From: Eledone cirrhosa
Taxonomy: Eukaryota
DNA length: 64,000 bases
Direction: 5' to 3'
NCBI GenBank assembly: GCA_964016885.1
Contig: OZ024744.1
Coordinates: 45,198,001-45,262,000 of the forward strand
Below, piece after piece: positions 39,208 through 55,073 of the stretch; positions within the stretch are counted from its first letter, which is position 1, and each line of letters begins with the position of its first letter. A program made the translations under genes and the position numbers. The notes beneath the pieces are model-generated. The model did no database searches. It was not told the DNA's origin and saw only the letters and a program-made list of their open reading frames with translations.

Positions 39208-41789
39208 TAAATGGAAACTATCTTTATAAAATCATATTCATTTTATTATATATATTTTAAGGGTTATAGAGATAATATTTATAAGTATATTTTATGAATA
39301 ATTAGGGTCGCAAGTATATTTTATTTTATTATATTACAACAGGTTATCTAAACTATAATAAAGGAAGGTCTGCGGGACTGCGTACGGTTTATTTCTTTTA
39401 ATCCAGTTAGTAAAATAAGTTGGATTACTTTGAATAAATAATTAATGAATATTACATAATTTATCTACTAATTTCGTAAACAAATATTTTCGTAAACATA
39501 ATTTAAAATCGACTTCTTTTCAAAGTTGCATTTCCGGTATATCGTCGCCACCACCACCACTTCAACTACCATATATATAGAAAGATAGAAAAAGAGAGTG
39601 TGTGATGAGAGAGATAGAGAGATTATGATTTTCTACACACTGACGCGTATGAGTATATAACTATTATGAGTATATAGCTATAATCGCGCAATCATAAAAT
39701 TATAAAGATAGACGTTCACGGACAGAATTCACACAAATACAGATACATTCACACAAATACAGATACATTCACACATACTTTCACACAAATATACATACAT
39801 TCACACATACTTTCACAGAAACATACATACATAAACACAAATACTCATACATTCACACATACATTCAAACATTCTTTCACACAAATACACATACATTTAC
39901 ACATACATACACACATACATTCACACATACTTTCACACAAATATACATACATTCACACGTACTTTCACACACATATACATACATTCACTCGTACTTTCAC
40001 ACAAACATACATACATTCACACATACTTTCACACAAATATACATACATTCACACGTACTTTCACAGAAATATACATACATTCACACATAGTTTCACACAA
40101 ATATACATATATTTACACAAACTTTCACACAAATATACATACATTCACACAAACATACATACATTCACATATACATTCACACAAATATACATACTTTCAC
40201 TCATACTTTCACACAAATATACATACATTCACATATACTTTCACACAAATATACATACATTCACACATACTTTCGCACAAATATACATACTTTCACACAT
40301 ATATAAATACATTCATACATATACATTTACACAAATATACATACATTCATACATATACATTTACACAAACATACATACATTCACACATACTTTCACACAA
40401 ACATACATACATTCAAACATATACATTTACACACACATACAGTCATGATAGCGTTCGGTGAAGAGGAAATGGGAGGGTAATACAAGTATAACGTTTTATT
40501 TATATATTAACTCTCTTTTTAAAACTCCTTTAATATAATGGTTACAGAACGAAAACATTAACAAATATAAAATATACAAAGGAAAGTGAAACTGCCCCCA
40601 CAACCCTCTCAGAAATAAGTGGGTGAAGAAGAAGATATTGTCAATTTACTTTTCGTATGAATTTACGTTAACTATTTTTTCATCTTGACGTTATAGTCAC
40701 TTATATTTTATGAAATACTGTTGGCTTCACGCTCACAACAATTTCTATACTTTAAATTATATATATATATATAATCATAACAGTCTTTCCTACCTCTGTT
40801 TGGTTGAGCACACTTCTCTGAGTGGCTTCGGGCTGCCGTTTCTAGCAGTTCGTCTCTCAGAGGCCACTGGTTCACTGCCCTTAAACGCGCTGTGACTTCT
40901 CTCTCCCACGTGTAGCTGGACAGTCAATTTTAAAATTCGCTTAGTGTTGTCTGAAATGTATAGCCTTACACACGCTGATGAACCGAGACTAACCCATTTC
41001 TTTTTACAAATTATTGGTGAAACATATCTTTGGATTAGTGTATTTGGATTTGTACGTGTGTTATATAGTTATCGAGGTATTTATTTACGCTTTAATTTAT
41101 ATTTTTAATTATCGTGTCTATAGTCTGCCTTTCATAGGTTATAGATTCCATACACTGGTGGTTTTTTCCCCTGTTTTATTGATAACGCGCTGTATATCTC
41201 TCTCTGGTGTGTTACGTTTTCAACATATTGTATTTTAAAGAGCTCAGGATCTCTTCTCCTTTGAGCACATTATTTACAGGGAATAACGAGGGCCTATGCC
41301 TCCGTTAATTTATCGTGATATGTATATATATGTATAAATATTGTTATACTTGGGGAGGGTCATATTTGTGTAATAATATTGCCAGAATTAATAACAGAAC
41401 ACACTCACTGTTTGGTTGGTTTTCGCTTCTGCCTCCTTTATATCAGTTAATTTAATTTATTCGGTCCTCAATGTTACCATTAACTGACCAACGGTCAAAA
41501 ATATAGACACAAACACATATATATAGTCTAACAAAGTTCTTTTGTTGCACATCTGCAACATCGTCAGTGGTGCTATTATGTTTCCTCCCGTTGCATTGTA
41601 TGCCTACGCCATCTTTATTTAGTCTGTTTATTTATTTATTTATTTATTTGTTTATTCTTTTGTCTTCTCTGCGCATGCGTTTGCGTGTGTGTATAGTGTT
41701 TTGTTTGATATATATATATAAACATAACCATAATTTTAATTATATACACATATAGACAAAAATATATACGTATATACATATATACATAC

Positions 41790-41845
<56 letters not shown>

Positions 41846-42006
41846 GTATGTATATATGTATATATGTATACATTTGTGTCTATATGTGTATATAATTCTA
41901 ATTATAGTTATGTTTATATAATAAAATTGTATGTATATATGCGTGTGCGTGTTTATGTATATAAATAATATTTTTACGTGTGTGTACATATATACATATG
42001 AATGTT

Positions 42007-42105
<99 letters not shown>

Positions 42106-43435
42106 GCGTATGTGGGTACGTATATATATATGTGTGTGTGTGTGTGATTGTGTGTGTGTGTATGTGTGTGCGTGTATATATATATATATATATATAAAAG
42201 CTGTCAACATGAATGGACCTATTATTTTTATCTAAAACGGTGGATTTTTATCTTAAGGGCGGTGGATTGGCAGTATCAGTAGAGGGTCGGACCCCATGCT
42301 TTCCAGCATAGTTACGTCCCTTTACGATCTGAGTTCAGATCCCGCCGAGGTTGACTTTGCCTCTCATCCTTACGGGGTCGATAAAATAAAGTACCAGTAA
42401 TGCACTGGGTAATTGCTGGCCTTGTGCCTAAAGTAGAAACAATTATTTTTATCTAAAGACATTTTTTCCAATTCCATCCCACCCGTCCCCTTAATCTATT
42501 TTATTTCTCATTCTTTCTTCTGATGGAGGACTAGCGTCCGAAACGTTAAGACCCTCTTCCTGCTAAATCAAACGTTAATCTAATATATCCCTTCCATATA
42601 CTGTACCGATTGTGTTGATATTTCTGTTTACCTTTTACATACATATATATATATTTATTATATTTTCCCCCTTTCGTTGTCAACCCATCCCTTTATGTCT
42701 TTTTTATATTTTTATTTATATTTATATGAATAATTTTGGTGAGTATATATGTTGTCTTTATTAATGGATAGATTATTTAAATATTTTTTATATATAGTTA
42801 CGATGAATTTCTTGTTTGCCCTTTCAATGTATGTTTGAGAAAAAGGAAGTAGTTCTATTTTATTATAGAAGATTATTTTGTACATCCAATAATTGCATCA
42901 AGATAGGAATACATTTACAAAATTTATGAAGTTAATGAAATTATACAAAAAATGTTAATATTTATGTAAAGTTTAGTAGTTACTTAGAAGAAATGTGTAA
43001 GCGTGTTACATTATAAAGGAAAAGATAACTCCAATATTTCTTAGTTAAAATAGTTAAGTTATATTTACAGTTTATTCTAGAATTTACTTTAAAAAATATT
43101 CTAATTAAGATATATGTAAAAATATATGTGATTTTATAGTATCATACATTACGTATTTTCTAAGATAAAAATTCTTTTGTATATGCATTTAGATAGCATT
43201 CCTTATATCTATGAATGTGTTAATGTGTATGGATTTGCAATGTCTATATATTCTAAAAATGTTGGTACCCTTGAAATATATATAATAAAATAAATATGGT
43301 TTTATAAAGATAGTTTCCATTTATTAATATTATTGATATACTCCAGAAGAAAACCTGACAGTGCTTCGAATCTGTTATAAAAATATTTGTTGAATAACCA
43401 ACAAATTAAATAACTCTTTTCTTATATATATATAA

Positions 43436-43503
<68 letters not shown>

Positions 43504-46500
43504 GTGAGGTTTTTTTTACAAAATGAAAAATAACCGAGGTGTCCTACACGAGTGAAAGTATAAAGAAAAAGAGATGAAATCGAAAATGCAACTGGAGTCT
43601 TTTTTTTTTTTTTCTTTTTTTTTTTTTAAATATATATATTTATTTGGTTCCTTTACCGGTTTCGCAGTTCTTCTGCTTTTCAAAAGGTGAGTTGAGATGG
43701 AATGTCTGTCGTTTTTCTCACATCTGGTTGGTCTCTGAATGTTACTTGTTTTATATGGAAAAAGTGGCTCGAAATGCCAGGTTTTTCGAGAAGTAATTTG
43801 ATTGGTTTGTCAATAATTATAATAAATCTCGCGCCAGTTCGCGTTACAATAGTTCTTCAAATAAGAGGGGGGGGGGGTTGTCACAGGTTGTTTTTTTTCA
43901 TATATGAGTGTTTGAATTTCTTTTTACTTGAAAAAAGGGGCTCACGAAGGCTTTTTTTTTATTGGTTATAAATGAAATTATGGCTGTCACGTGAACAAGT
44001 TTTCATTAAATATTCGTGCCCTTATTTGGAAATCCATTCTGTAGCCTTTTTAGAGAATTTTATGATAAGTGAAAGATAATGGTCAAGAGAAAGGGATGGG
44101 AGAATTGTTCTGGTTCAGTGAATATGGTTAGTTCGCTGGGGTGTCAGAATTCAGATTTTCTATTGAATAAAGAAAGTAAAGATATGTATGTTTATTTGTG
44201 TGCTTGTGTGTGTGTGTTTGAATTTCTTTACTTCAAAAAAAGGTGGCTCACGAAGGCTTTTTTTTAATAAACGTGATTTGATTGGTTATAAATGAAATTT
44301 GGCTGTCAGGTGAACAAGTTTTCATTACATTTTTGCGCCCTTATTTGGAAATCTATTCTGTAGCCTTTATAGAGAATGTTATGACAATGGAAAGATAGTG
44401 GTCAAGAGAAATGGGATTGGGAGAATTGTTCTGGTTCAGTGAATATGGTTAGTTCGCTGGGGTGTCAGAGTTCAGATTTTCTATTGAAGTAAAGATATGT
44501 ATGTTTATTTGTGTGCTTGTGTGTGTGTGTGTGTGTGTGTATTGGAAGATGATTCTATTAGTAGAAATGTGGGAGGGAGTTGTGTGTGTATGGGTGTTAT
44601 GTGTGTGTGTGCGAGTATGTTAAGATGGAGAGAATATATATTTTGTGTGTGTGTATATATGTGTGTAGGAAAGTGGTTCTATTAGTAGAAATGGGGGAGG
44701 GAGTTGTGGGTGTGGGGGTTGTTATGTGTGTGTATGGGTGTTGTGTGTGGGAGTATGGTTAGCATGTTAAGATGAAGAAAATATATATATATATTGTGTG
44801 TGTGTGTGTGTGTGTGTCTGTGTGTGTGTAGGAAAATGATTCCTTTAGTAGGAATATTTTAGAATGAACATATTTTCCTTAGTTATTCGTATTTGTTCTG
44901 TTGTATTGTCAGTGCAAACGTATGTTAAGGTTTATTTAGTTCGGGTTTTTATTTTCTAAAGTAGAAGGTGTTATGTGTGTGTGTGTATGTCATATTATGG
45001 TGTTGACATAATGTATATTAAACCATATTTAATGCTGGTCTATATTTTTGAATAAACATATTTTCCTTATTTATTCGTATTTGTTCTGTTGTATTGTTAG
45101 CGCAAATGTAAAATGGGAAGACTTGGAATTTGGGTATCTTATTACTTGCGCAAATGTCTAGATGTGCACTTAGTGGTATCTGTCTCGTGGTTGGATCTCG
45201 TAATTGTTGGCAATGAACTGTCATTCTGTTTCTGAGTGTGAGTTTAGTTTGTCCTATATAATCTTCATTGCATCCTTTACATTTAATGGCATAAACTTAC
45301 TGTCCAGAGCTAACTCTTACACGGGAGGACGCCGTCCGTGTAACTTATGCTCGGAGGAAACATTACAAATGCTGTTTACGAAGGATCAAATCCTAAACAA
45401 AAAAGACGAACTAGTAACTGCATGGAAACACAGATTGTGTAAGACTTACCTCGCCCTCAAACCCCCTAACGATCCGGGTGGGTAGACAAGAGCTGAAACA
45501 CCCCACTTGCCGAATAATATAGGGGAAACCCCAGCTTACATGGGTAGTTTTACCTTTTTTCTTTTCCTCTATGTTTTCTTCTTCCCTTTGTCTCCTCCTA
45601 TCACTTCCTTCCACAACCGATCTTCTTCCTCGTTCTTTTTTTCCCCATTTCGCCTACCCCGAGGCAGCCCATCGGACCTCTGTAGCCTCAGTACCCTCAC
45701 CCCAGTAATTTAAAGATAGCATTGGCCGAATACGCTACACTAACTAATCATAGCAGCTGTGTTAGATCCCAGAGATTTTATATTACTTTTTACTCCCCAA
45801 TTCTACAATTTCAATAATTCTTATTTACTATCTTCTATTCTCAACTCATTCCATAGCATTGGCTGAAGAGGCAACACCAACAATATGGCAGCTGTTTTAG
45901 ACTTTATAGTTTTTGTTTTTTATCACTTCTCACTATCCAATTTTATATTTTTATATATTTTTCTCTTATTTTTTTTATTGTTTTTTATTGTCTCCAAATC
46001 TCAATTGATTTACCCATTCTATAAGGTCCCTTCCTCTATTTTCTCCAGAAACCTTTTTTCGCCTACCTCCTCTGGCCTACTTTCATACACATTCCTTAGA
46101 ATTTGCCGTATAGATTTCACTTTCAACGCTTGACCGGCTCCACCCACTCCCTCATTGTTCTACAGGCACGTTCTGCCACCACCACCACCACCACCACCCA
46201 CTGCCATGATAGGCTTATTTGAGTTTACAACAAATTTTGACGAATCCTCTTGACAACTACAATCTCCCCATATAAGGAAGTACCCCTTGAAAAGTTCGGC
46301 TATTTTTTTACCACACTAAAAATTCTAATTTAGTCCAGTTTGGCATGCGTATGCATGATGAGCATACATTTTTGTATAAATATGTGTACGGGGTAGTTAC
46401 ATGTATATACACACACCGAACTGCATAAAACCTTTTGTATTTTCATTGGTCAATTTTGTTCCCAAACGGACCTGAAATTTTGAATTGTTGTTATTATCAA

Positions 46501-46509
46501 TAAATATAT

Positions 46510-46663
46510 TTCATTATTTCTGAAGACGGCGTATATATGTGTTGGTATGTATATTTAATCTTGATAGTTTGTATAATTTTGTATAATTTTGTACATAGAT
46601 CTGTTGAATATGCATGCCAATTCTAACACATATATATCCTAGAAACGATCGTTAAATAATGAA
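46510..46663 (+). ncRNA. Type I hammerhead ribozyme with greatly extended stem II (right arm only)
   Basis: TTCATTATTT-CTGAAGA-[~115-nt hairpin]-GAAA-CGATCG-TT-AAATAATGAA: perfect 10-bp stem I and palindromic stem III. Confidence 0.75.
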
Positions 46664-46857
46664 CTTTTTTTGTTTAATATAAGGAACTGTTTCATTGTTT
46701 TATTCATTATTTGTTTAATATTTTATCTTGACTCTGTATACCGTTTATCTTTCACCGAAAGTGATTTTTCATTACATCTCTTCTTTCCATGATATCCGGA
46801 ATACATTGAGTTCTTCATACGGATTGGACACTACCGTAAACTCTTGGTAGATTTATC

Positions 46858-46926
<69 letters not shown>

Positions 46927-46928
<2 letters not shown>

Positions 46929-46962
46929 TTCTGATGAAGGACTAGCGTCCGAAACGTTAAGA
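46927..46962 (+). ncRNA. Minimal type I hammerhead ribozyme, intact
   Basis: TCTT-CTGATGA-A-GGAC-TAGC-GTCC-GAAA-CG-TT-AAGA: stem I TCTT/AAGA, stem II GGAC/GTCC, palindromic AACGTT in place of stem III. Confidence 0.82.
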
Positions 46963-47047
46963 CCCTCTTCCTGCTATATCATGCGTTAACCTAATATGTA
47001 CCTTACATATACTGTACCGATTAGGTTGTTATTTCTGTTTACCTTTT

Positions 47048-47183
<136 letters not shown>

Positions 47184-47388
47184 CAAAGGAATTTTGGTAA
47201 GGAACCAAATGGACCATAACGCCCCAGAATACTCAATACTTAGGGTACTTGAGTGGGAAATAGGAAAAAGTATGACCCCGACGGCAGAGCTCAAGCCGTT
47301 TCTGGACTAAATTCAAACTTAGTCCAGAAATAGCCGTCAAAACGGCTTGAGCTCTGCCTTCGGTGTCATACTTTTTCCTCTCTCTCTC

Positions 47389-47455
<67 letters not shown>

Positions 47456-48494
47456 GCAAGTTCCAAGAACCATTAGATAAAATATATACAGTATTTCCTC
47501 TCCCAATCAATATAAATTAACCACATAAAAAAATCATTTAAAGGGGGCAATAAGTTTTAAATGTACTTGTGAAGAAGTAATAGACAAATGATACAAATTA
47601 TTTTCCGCGATGTACAGCCATATGACACTTATCTAATTATTTCTTGTAGCCTGTAGAAATTGACTAGACAAATAGTTAACTACACGGAATTAGGTACAAA
47701 ATAGAAGTTTAAAGAAAAAATGCACATACATTTTACCAATATTCTTGTAGTCTCGACCACCAGTTGTTTCGTTCCACTCTTTGAAAATATCCGATCTTGG
47801 ATACAATCACGAGGCCTGGAACTCTTCAGGAGATAACTCAGACTGGACTAAGTTTCTTCTACCATGATCCCCGCCAGAAATGAATTCAAAATGGCTAAGA
47901 ACTATCACGTGGCTAGCGGTCAAGGCAGAAAGTTTGTGATTGGTGTCACAAAATTTCTGCCTTGACCGCTAGCCACGTGATAGTTCTTAGCCAACAACAA
48001 CACCACCACCACAATCACGATGCCCACCAGCAACACCACCACCACCATCACTAACACCAACTCCAACTCCTCCACCACCACCACCACCACTACTAACATC
48101 ACCAAACCACCACCACCACCCAACCACCACCACCACACCACCACCACCACCGTCATCACAACCACCACCACCACCACACCACCACCACCACTAAAACACC
48201 ACTGCCACCCAACCACCACCACCACCACCACGACCGCCGTCATCACTACCACCACCATCATCACTATCACCACCACCAAACCACCACCACCACCACCACC
48301 ACTACCACCACCACCGCCGTCATCACTACCACCACCACCACCACACCACCACCACCACCACAACAACAACAATCGGGGCCTCGTGCGTTCCAATCTATGA
48401 TGTTAACATTTTTTAATAGATTTTCACGGTTTTTCTCGATTTCTAATTATGACGTCATGGTTGTGTGTTAAATAGATATTCACATTCTGTTATA

Positions 48495-48531
<37 letters not shown>

Positions 48532-48547
48532 TGCATATATGTGTGTG

Positions 48548-48594
<47 letters not shown>

Positions 48595-48627
48595 GCGTGC
48601 ATGTATCTGTTTGTGTATGAATGTGTG

Positions 48628-48677
<50 letters not shown>

Positions 48678-49071
48678 CATGGGTGTGTGTATGTATGTAT
48701 ACATGTATGTAGTAGTTATGCATGTATGTGTGTATGTATGTTTGTAGGTATGTATGTATTTATGTATGTGTTTATGTATGTATATATGTGTGTATGTATG
48801 TATTTGTGTACGTATATATGTATGTATACGTATAGATTCATACTATTTCAATATTTTCTGCCATTAGTGAAATATTTTCTCGAAAGTGTACAAGTGTATT
48901 TTGTATTTTATACAAATTATTCTTCTGTATAACACTCCAGAAATTTATTACTGCTGATAATTGATCTACATTGTCTGATTGTTTGTTTGTTTGTTTGAGT
49001 GTTTGATAACTGATCTTATTTGTTTTTGTGTTTGCTTGTTATTTGTTGTTTCTTTTTCTATTCGTTTGATA

Positions 49072-49291
49072 ATGTCGGAGCGTAAAAAGCGCCAGAAGTT
49101 TCTCTCAAGATGTGCTGAAAGAGTCCGACGGCTTGCTGAGTCCATATTTCCTTGTTATCGTGGAAAACGATTCCGACGACGGCAACAGAAACTGCAACAA
49201 TTTAATATAACATCTATCGATCCTGAGTCTGTGGAGTTACCAACAGCCACAGTGAATGTTAATGAATCGGCCATAATCGATATGCAGCCTG
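49072..49291 (+). CDS. Candidate host coding exon, right-arm copy
   Basis: ATG at 49072, GTAAGT at 49292; one amino-acid difference (A/V) from the left copy. Confidence 0.45.
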
Positions 49292-50945
49292 GTAAGTTAC
49301 AATGTTTCTACATTTGGCCAGACAAATCAGCAATTTGAAGGGAAAATCGATTAAATCTACCCTAGTGCATTACTAGTAGTTTATTTTATCGACCCCGTAC
49401 ATGTTAAAGGCAAAGCTAATCTCGGTAAGTTTTGAACTCAGAACGTAAAATGCTGTAACTATATGCCACAAAGCATGCTGTCCGACACTCTACCAAACTG
49501 CCAATCCACCGCCCTTAAAGTACGTTATAATAAACCCAGTTTGTTAAATTGTAAATAACACACTAAGATATAATTTTATTTCTCCAAAATATAAGTACAC
49601 AACTTCTAAACAACTTGTCTGTTTTACGCCTCCCACAGACAAGAAGACTAGCAATATTAGCTGTATAAGCCAATGTATCTCTCAGGACTTATTTCTCAGG
49701 CATGATACCCTTCCTCTCAACGGAGGGAAACGCTAGTCGCAGAAGTGAGGAGAGATTGTAAAAAAAAACATCTTGTTAATTTATCCATCTTCTGTTCCTC
49801 TGCTGCCTTGTGAGTGGCTGTATTTTAAACATTGGCTGAAGTGACAATTTTAGCGCTGGAGTATGTCACGAAACATGGAATCATTTTCCCTCGTTGAATG
49901 AGAAAAGGAGTTAAACCCCCGCGACACTAAGTATCACCGTGGTTTAAGACCAATAAGCTCCAGTTATGCCTAAAAGACAGCAAAATTGTCACTCTTTAAA
50001 TAACATCATTCAATGTGATGTGGTGAGGGAAACGTCCCACATAGTGAAAAAAGAAGGGGAAACAGTTTGAAAGCAAGGACAGTAACTCTATATCAGAGCT
50101 CATGTAGCTCACACTTGAATAAATAATATAATCTTTCCCTTACTCTCTCCCTCCACACACACACACACACACATACATATATATATATACTATATTTTTT
50201 GTCGGATCACCAGTAAGAGGAGAGATCGATAATGGAGTCGGATTCATAATTTCTATGGGTGACACTGAGCCAATCCGCTACGAAAGACGCGTAGCATGCT
50301 GACACACAATACAAAATCTAAATACATGCAAACGAATCTTCATCGTTTTTATTAATATATATATGGAACTTTCCCCATGTATAGGAGCAAATTTTGGAAC
50401 AGAATAGAGAGGATTAAGAATAAGGCAAAATCATGGTATGATAGCAATAAATACCAGAGTATAATGTTCGTCACTACAACCCCTAGAGGCGAACTAGCTT
50501 ACATATTTAGATGGGCCCTAGACTGGCTCAAACCAAATATTAAGATAGTTGAAAGACCAGGTATTCCCATAAAAACCCTAATTAGCAAAACACACTCATT
50601 TCAAAGATGCCCCTGTGCTGATAGGAAACGCATAGTCTGCAAGCTAAGCCCTCAAACAAATCGCAAAACTAGGAACGTAGTATATGGCATAAGATGTACT
50701 GACGGACAGTGTAAGAATATAACATACATAGGTGAAACATCCCGTAGCATAGGAGAAAGGATAAGTGGACACTAGCGAGAAGTCTAGGATGGGAAAAACT
50801 TATCAGTACTCCACCAACATGCCAAAATAGAACAAAGAGGCACATTAGAGAACGTAGAGATAAAAATTATATCCACAATTATCTCGGGAATTTTACCCGC
50901 CCTAGATATTCATACATACATACATACACACATACATACATACAT

Positions 50946-53900
50946 TACATAACTCCATCAGTCAACGCGATCAGTCGCATATTTTGGCGTGGGAGACTAT
51001 TTATTGAATTTAAGATGAATACTATCTCCGACAGTAATGCCACAACTACAGCCAGGTTGAATAACTGGTTATTCTTCTAACTATCCCTTCTGAAGACACC
51101 TTTTATTCGAATTCGTAGAGATATCCGACTAAATACATAATTCATTTTACAAGGATTTGCTACAAACAGCATGGCTGAACACAACATCAACAAGAAAATT
51201 AAGGAAGTATCGAAGACAAATAACAAAGAAGGTAACCAAATTTTATTCAGTTGTAGCTACAGAAGAAACCGAAATTATAAATCGCATTTCTCTTAGAATT
51301 GCGAACTTAATGATGATTTATTTAATTGTTATAAAATGGCAAAAAACAATCCCTCCATTGGCTATATGAATAGAATGAAGCTACACTGGGACGAAATGCA
51401 CCCAGAGCTAAATTATTTCACAGCGAAACAATTACGTCAACAAGCGACGTTTGTTGAACGTAAAAATAAGATAAATATTATTAATTGTAAGTCCCCCACA
51501 ACAAACATGGAATCAACAACACGTGCTACAGATCGCCATGCTACTAGACTTCCTAGCAGCCAGGTCGAACAGCGCCTTGAAACAACTATGCCTGTACCAT
51601 CTAAGTCTACCTCGAATGCTGGGGAAAACACTATCGATAATAATAATAATCGAAGAAATAATAATAATAATCGAATAAATGTGACACCACGTATACCATC
51701 CGAGTCTACCTCGACTGTTGTGGAAAATACTATCGATAATGATAATAATCAAAAGTATAAACAATTGAAAATTTCCCTCAATGAAATCTTCCAGAGAGAA
51801 ATTAACTCCTGTATAAATATCTCTCTGGCTGAACGGGTTAAAATGACAATGGTGAAAAAAACCCCAAATAATGAAATACTACGTGTTATTGACGAAATAG
51901 GGGATGAATATTTACGACGGATAAAAACCCCAACATTTTGGCAAATCAACGCCTGTTTATATGCCTTAGCAATGACAGTGAAGCATTATTTTGGTGATAG
52001 CAAAGATATTAACAAGAACAAAACACCACCAAAAATACCATCATATATAACTAAAATAGAAAAAAAAAGAGTGCTGACCTACGAAAAAACATAGGACATG
52101 TGATAATGCTCCTTACATGCAAACAAACACAAAAAACCTCACTCCTCACCAACAAAGAGTGAAAAATAAAATAGAGACGATGTTTGGTAACAGTAGAACC
52201 AGAACTCTCCAATATAAACTGATCACCCTCAAACAAGAATTGAGAGCTGTTAGCGAAAAACGCCGATACCTGAAGAAGGTAGATGAGAGAAAAATGCTTA
52301 ATAAAAGATTCAGACGAAACCAAACATCAGTCTATGGAGATATGAAGGGCAAAATAATAAGTGTCACTGAGGCCCCATCACAGAAAGACAGAGATTCCTT
52401 TTGAAGAAAAATATGGGGTGAAAAGAAGAATTTCAACCAAGATGCAGTGTGGCTAAGAGAAATCCGAAAGAACTATTGCTCCTCCACTACAACAAAAACA
52501 TACAAAATAATTGAGGATACCCTTGAGACTGTGATAGGAAAACTCCAAGATAAGAAAACACCAGGAAGAGACATGATTGTCGGCTACTGGTACAAAAAAA
52601 TAATATTCTATCGGAGGTATCTTACTGACCTCTACCAACAAGTTCTTAAGGGAGATACACTTATACCAGAATGGTTGACATTAGCACAAACATTACTGGT
52701 CCCCAAGAACAAAGACACCCACTTGGCAAAAAAACTACCGACCCATTGCATGCCAGAACCTAATGTCTAAGATGTATACAGCCTGCCTCAACCTATTCCT
52801 CCAAGATCATTGTGAAAATAATGACATCATCACAGATGAACAAGCAGCTGGAAAGAAAAGGGTTTGGGGATGTGCTCAACAACTCCTAATCAACAAAAAA
52901 CGATGTCGGAGGTGAACAACTTAGGAGGAATATGACTACAGTCTGGCTGGACTACAAGAAAGCTTTCGATTCTGTTCCCCACTCTTGGATGATAGAGGCC
53001 CTCCAACTTGCTAAAGTCCCAGACATTATTGTCAGAGCCATAGAGAGGCTGTCTTCTTCTTTGGCTACTATCCTAAGGTTAAAGACAGAGAGGGGGGACT
53101 CTATTTTCACTGATAAAATAAAATATTGCAGGGGTATATTTCAGGGGGACAGTCTCTTTGTGATATTGTTCATCTTGTCATTAAACCCCTTGTCCTTTCT
53201 GCTCAAGAAATGTGAGGGATACATCATTGGCTCACAGGAGGACAGAAATACGAACCTAACCCATAACTTCTTTGTGGACGATCTGAAACTCTATGCCAAG
53301 AACATGGATGGGATGAAGAAAAATCTTGACCTGGTTACAACGTTCTCAAAGGATATAGGAATGGAGTTTGGCCAAGATAAATGCTCATATATGACTGTAA
53401 AGCGGGGAAAAACAACAACCCAATCTAGCAACATTGTCATCAATGGCCTAACTGTTTCACCGATATCTGATGAGGACTGTAACATATACCTGGGGATAGA
53501 TGAGAACATATCCTATAATGGTATCTGTAATAAAGAACGCGTAACCAGGGAATACTACACCCGATTAAGAAAGATATGGTCATCGGAACTCTCTGCGCAA
53601 AACAAAACAGTGGCTCACAATGTGTTTGCTGTGCCTGTCCTAACACCAACGTTTGGAATACTCAATTGGACGATAGACGAAATCGAGCAGTTGATGTTGG
53701 AACTCGAAAAATACTGAACAACACCGGAAACTTCCACATCAACAGTGACATAGACCGCCTTTAATTGAAACGTAGGCAGGGAGGCAGAGGCCTAACATCA
53801 GTCCAGACAACATTTGAATGTCGCATCATACCTCTCCGACAACATCTATGAACCTCGAAGCGTAGGTGCCCGCTTCTTGAGCAAGTCTATCTGCATGAAA

Positions 53901-55073
53901 CAGATAAGATCATAAGAGTTGGGAAGGAACTCATTGAGAGATATTCCCTGTGTGATAATCAAAAACTCACACCCAGGGAAGTCGCTCAGCAGTATCGCAG
54001 TGAATCCATGGATGAAAAACTGCATACTTATCAGCAAAAGATCATGCATGGATATGGTGCCAGGAAGCTCCAGAGGGAGAATAATATAAATAAGGAAAGT
54101 AGTCTATCTTGGACCAACAACTGCTATATTGGCTCCCACTTTGAAGGATACGCTTTTGCAATCCAAGAACAGGAAATTAACACGAAATACCTGATTCACA
54201 AAAGAGATAGGCATGCAGGCAAAACACCTAAATGTGATAACAAGTGCAAACTCTGCAGAACTAACATCGAAGATATCATCAATGTCATCAGCAGCTGTCG
54301 AAAGATGTCATCGCAGGACTATCTACCTATGAGGCATGATGTAGTGGCCAAAACACTGTACAATGCAAACCGTAAAAAAGATAGCACCGATAATAAACAC
54401 ATTAAAAGCTACAGCAATGTGGAAGACATACATATACATAATATGAAAGAGTACTGGTGGAATGTTCCAGTTAAAACCCCAATAAAATGCAGGCATAACA
54501 GACCAGATAATATGATATGGGACAGGGAGAAGAAGGCATGCACAGTAGTGTAAATTTGCTGCCCAGCAGATGCCAATATCATATCAAAGATTAGCGGAAA
54601 GGAGAATATTTATGCAGAACTGATGAGAAATCTGCAGATACTCCACCCTGATTACACCTTCAGATTTATGCCTGTGATTATTGGGTCACTGGGGTATGTT
54701 AGTAACTGCCTCAATACAAATCTTGAGAAGCTAGGCTTCACAGGAACAGAAAGACCACAACTAGTTAGGAAATTACAAGTACAATCCATTAATGGAACAG
54801 TAAAAATATGTAAAATATTCCAAAAACGTTGCTTTTAATAACTGCATATACACATGTACAGATGCAAAGCTTATACACATGCACACATACAACTCGAAAC
54901 TTACACATCCACACATACAATAACATATCTACACATGTATACATGCAGACATACATACATATCTACCTAGTTGATGTTGTGTAAATTCCAATGAGAAAGT
55001 CGTGTGTCTATGTTAGAAACCGACTCTCTCTTTCTATTGGGAAAAAATTTGTGAAATTATAAAACCAGAAGAA
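50946..55073 (+). mobile_element. R4/Dong-like element, right-arm copy
   Basis: Mirror of 6044-10147 with private stops (e.g. TGA 52402, TAA 53762) and a private frameshift near 52734. Confidence 0.88.
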
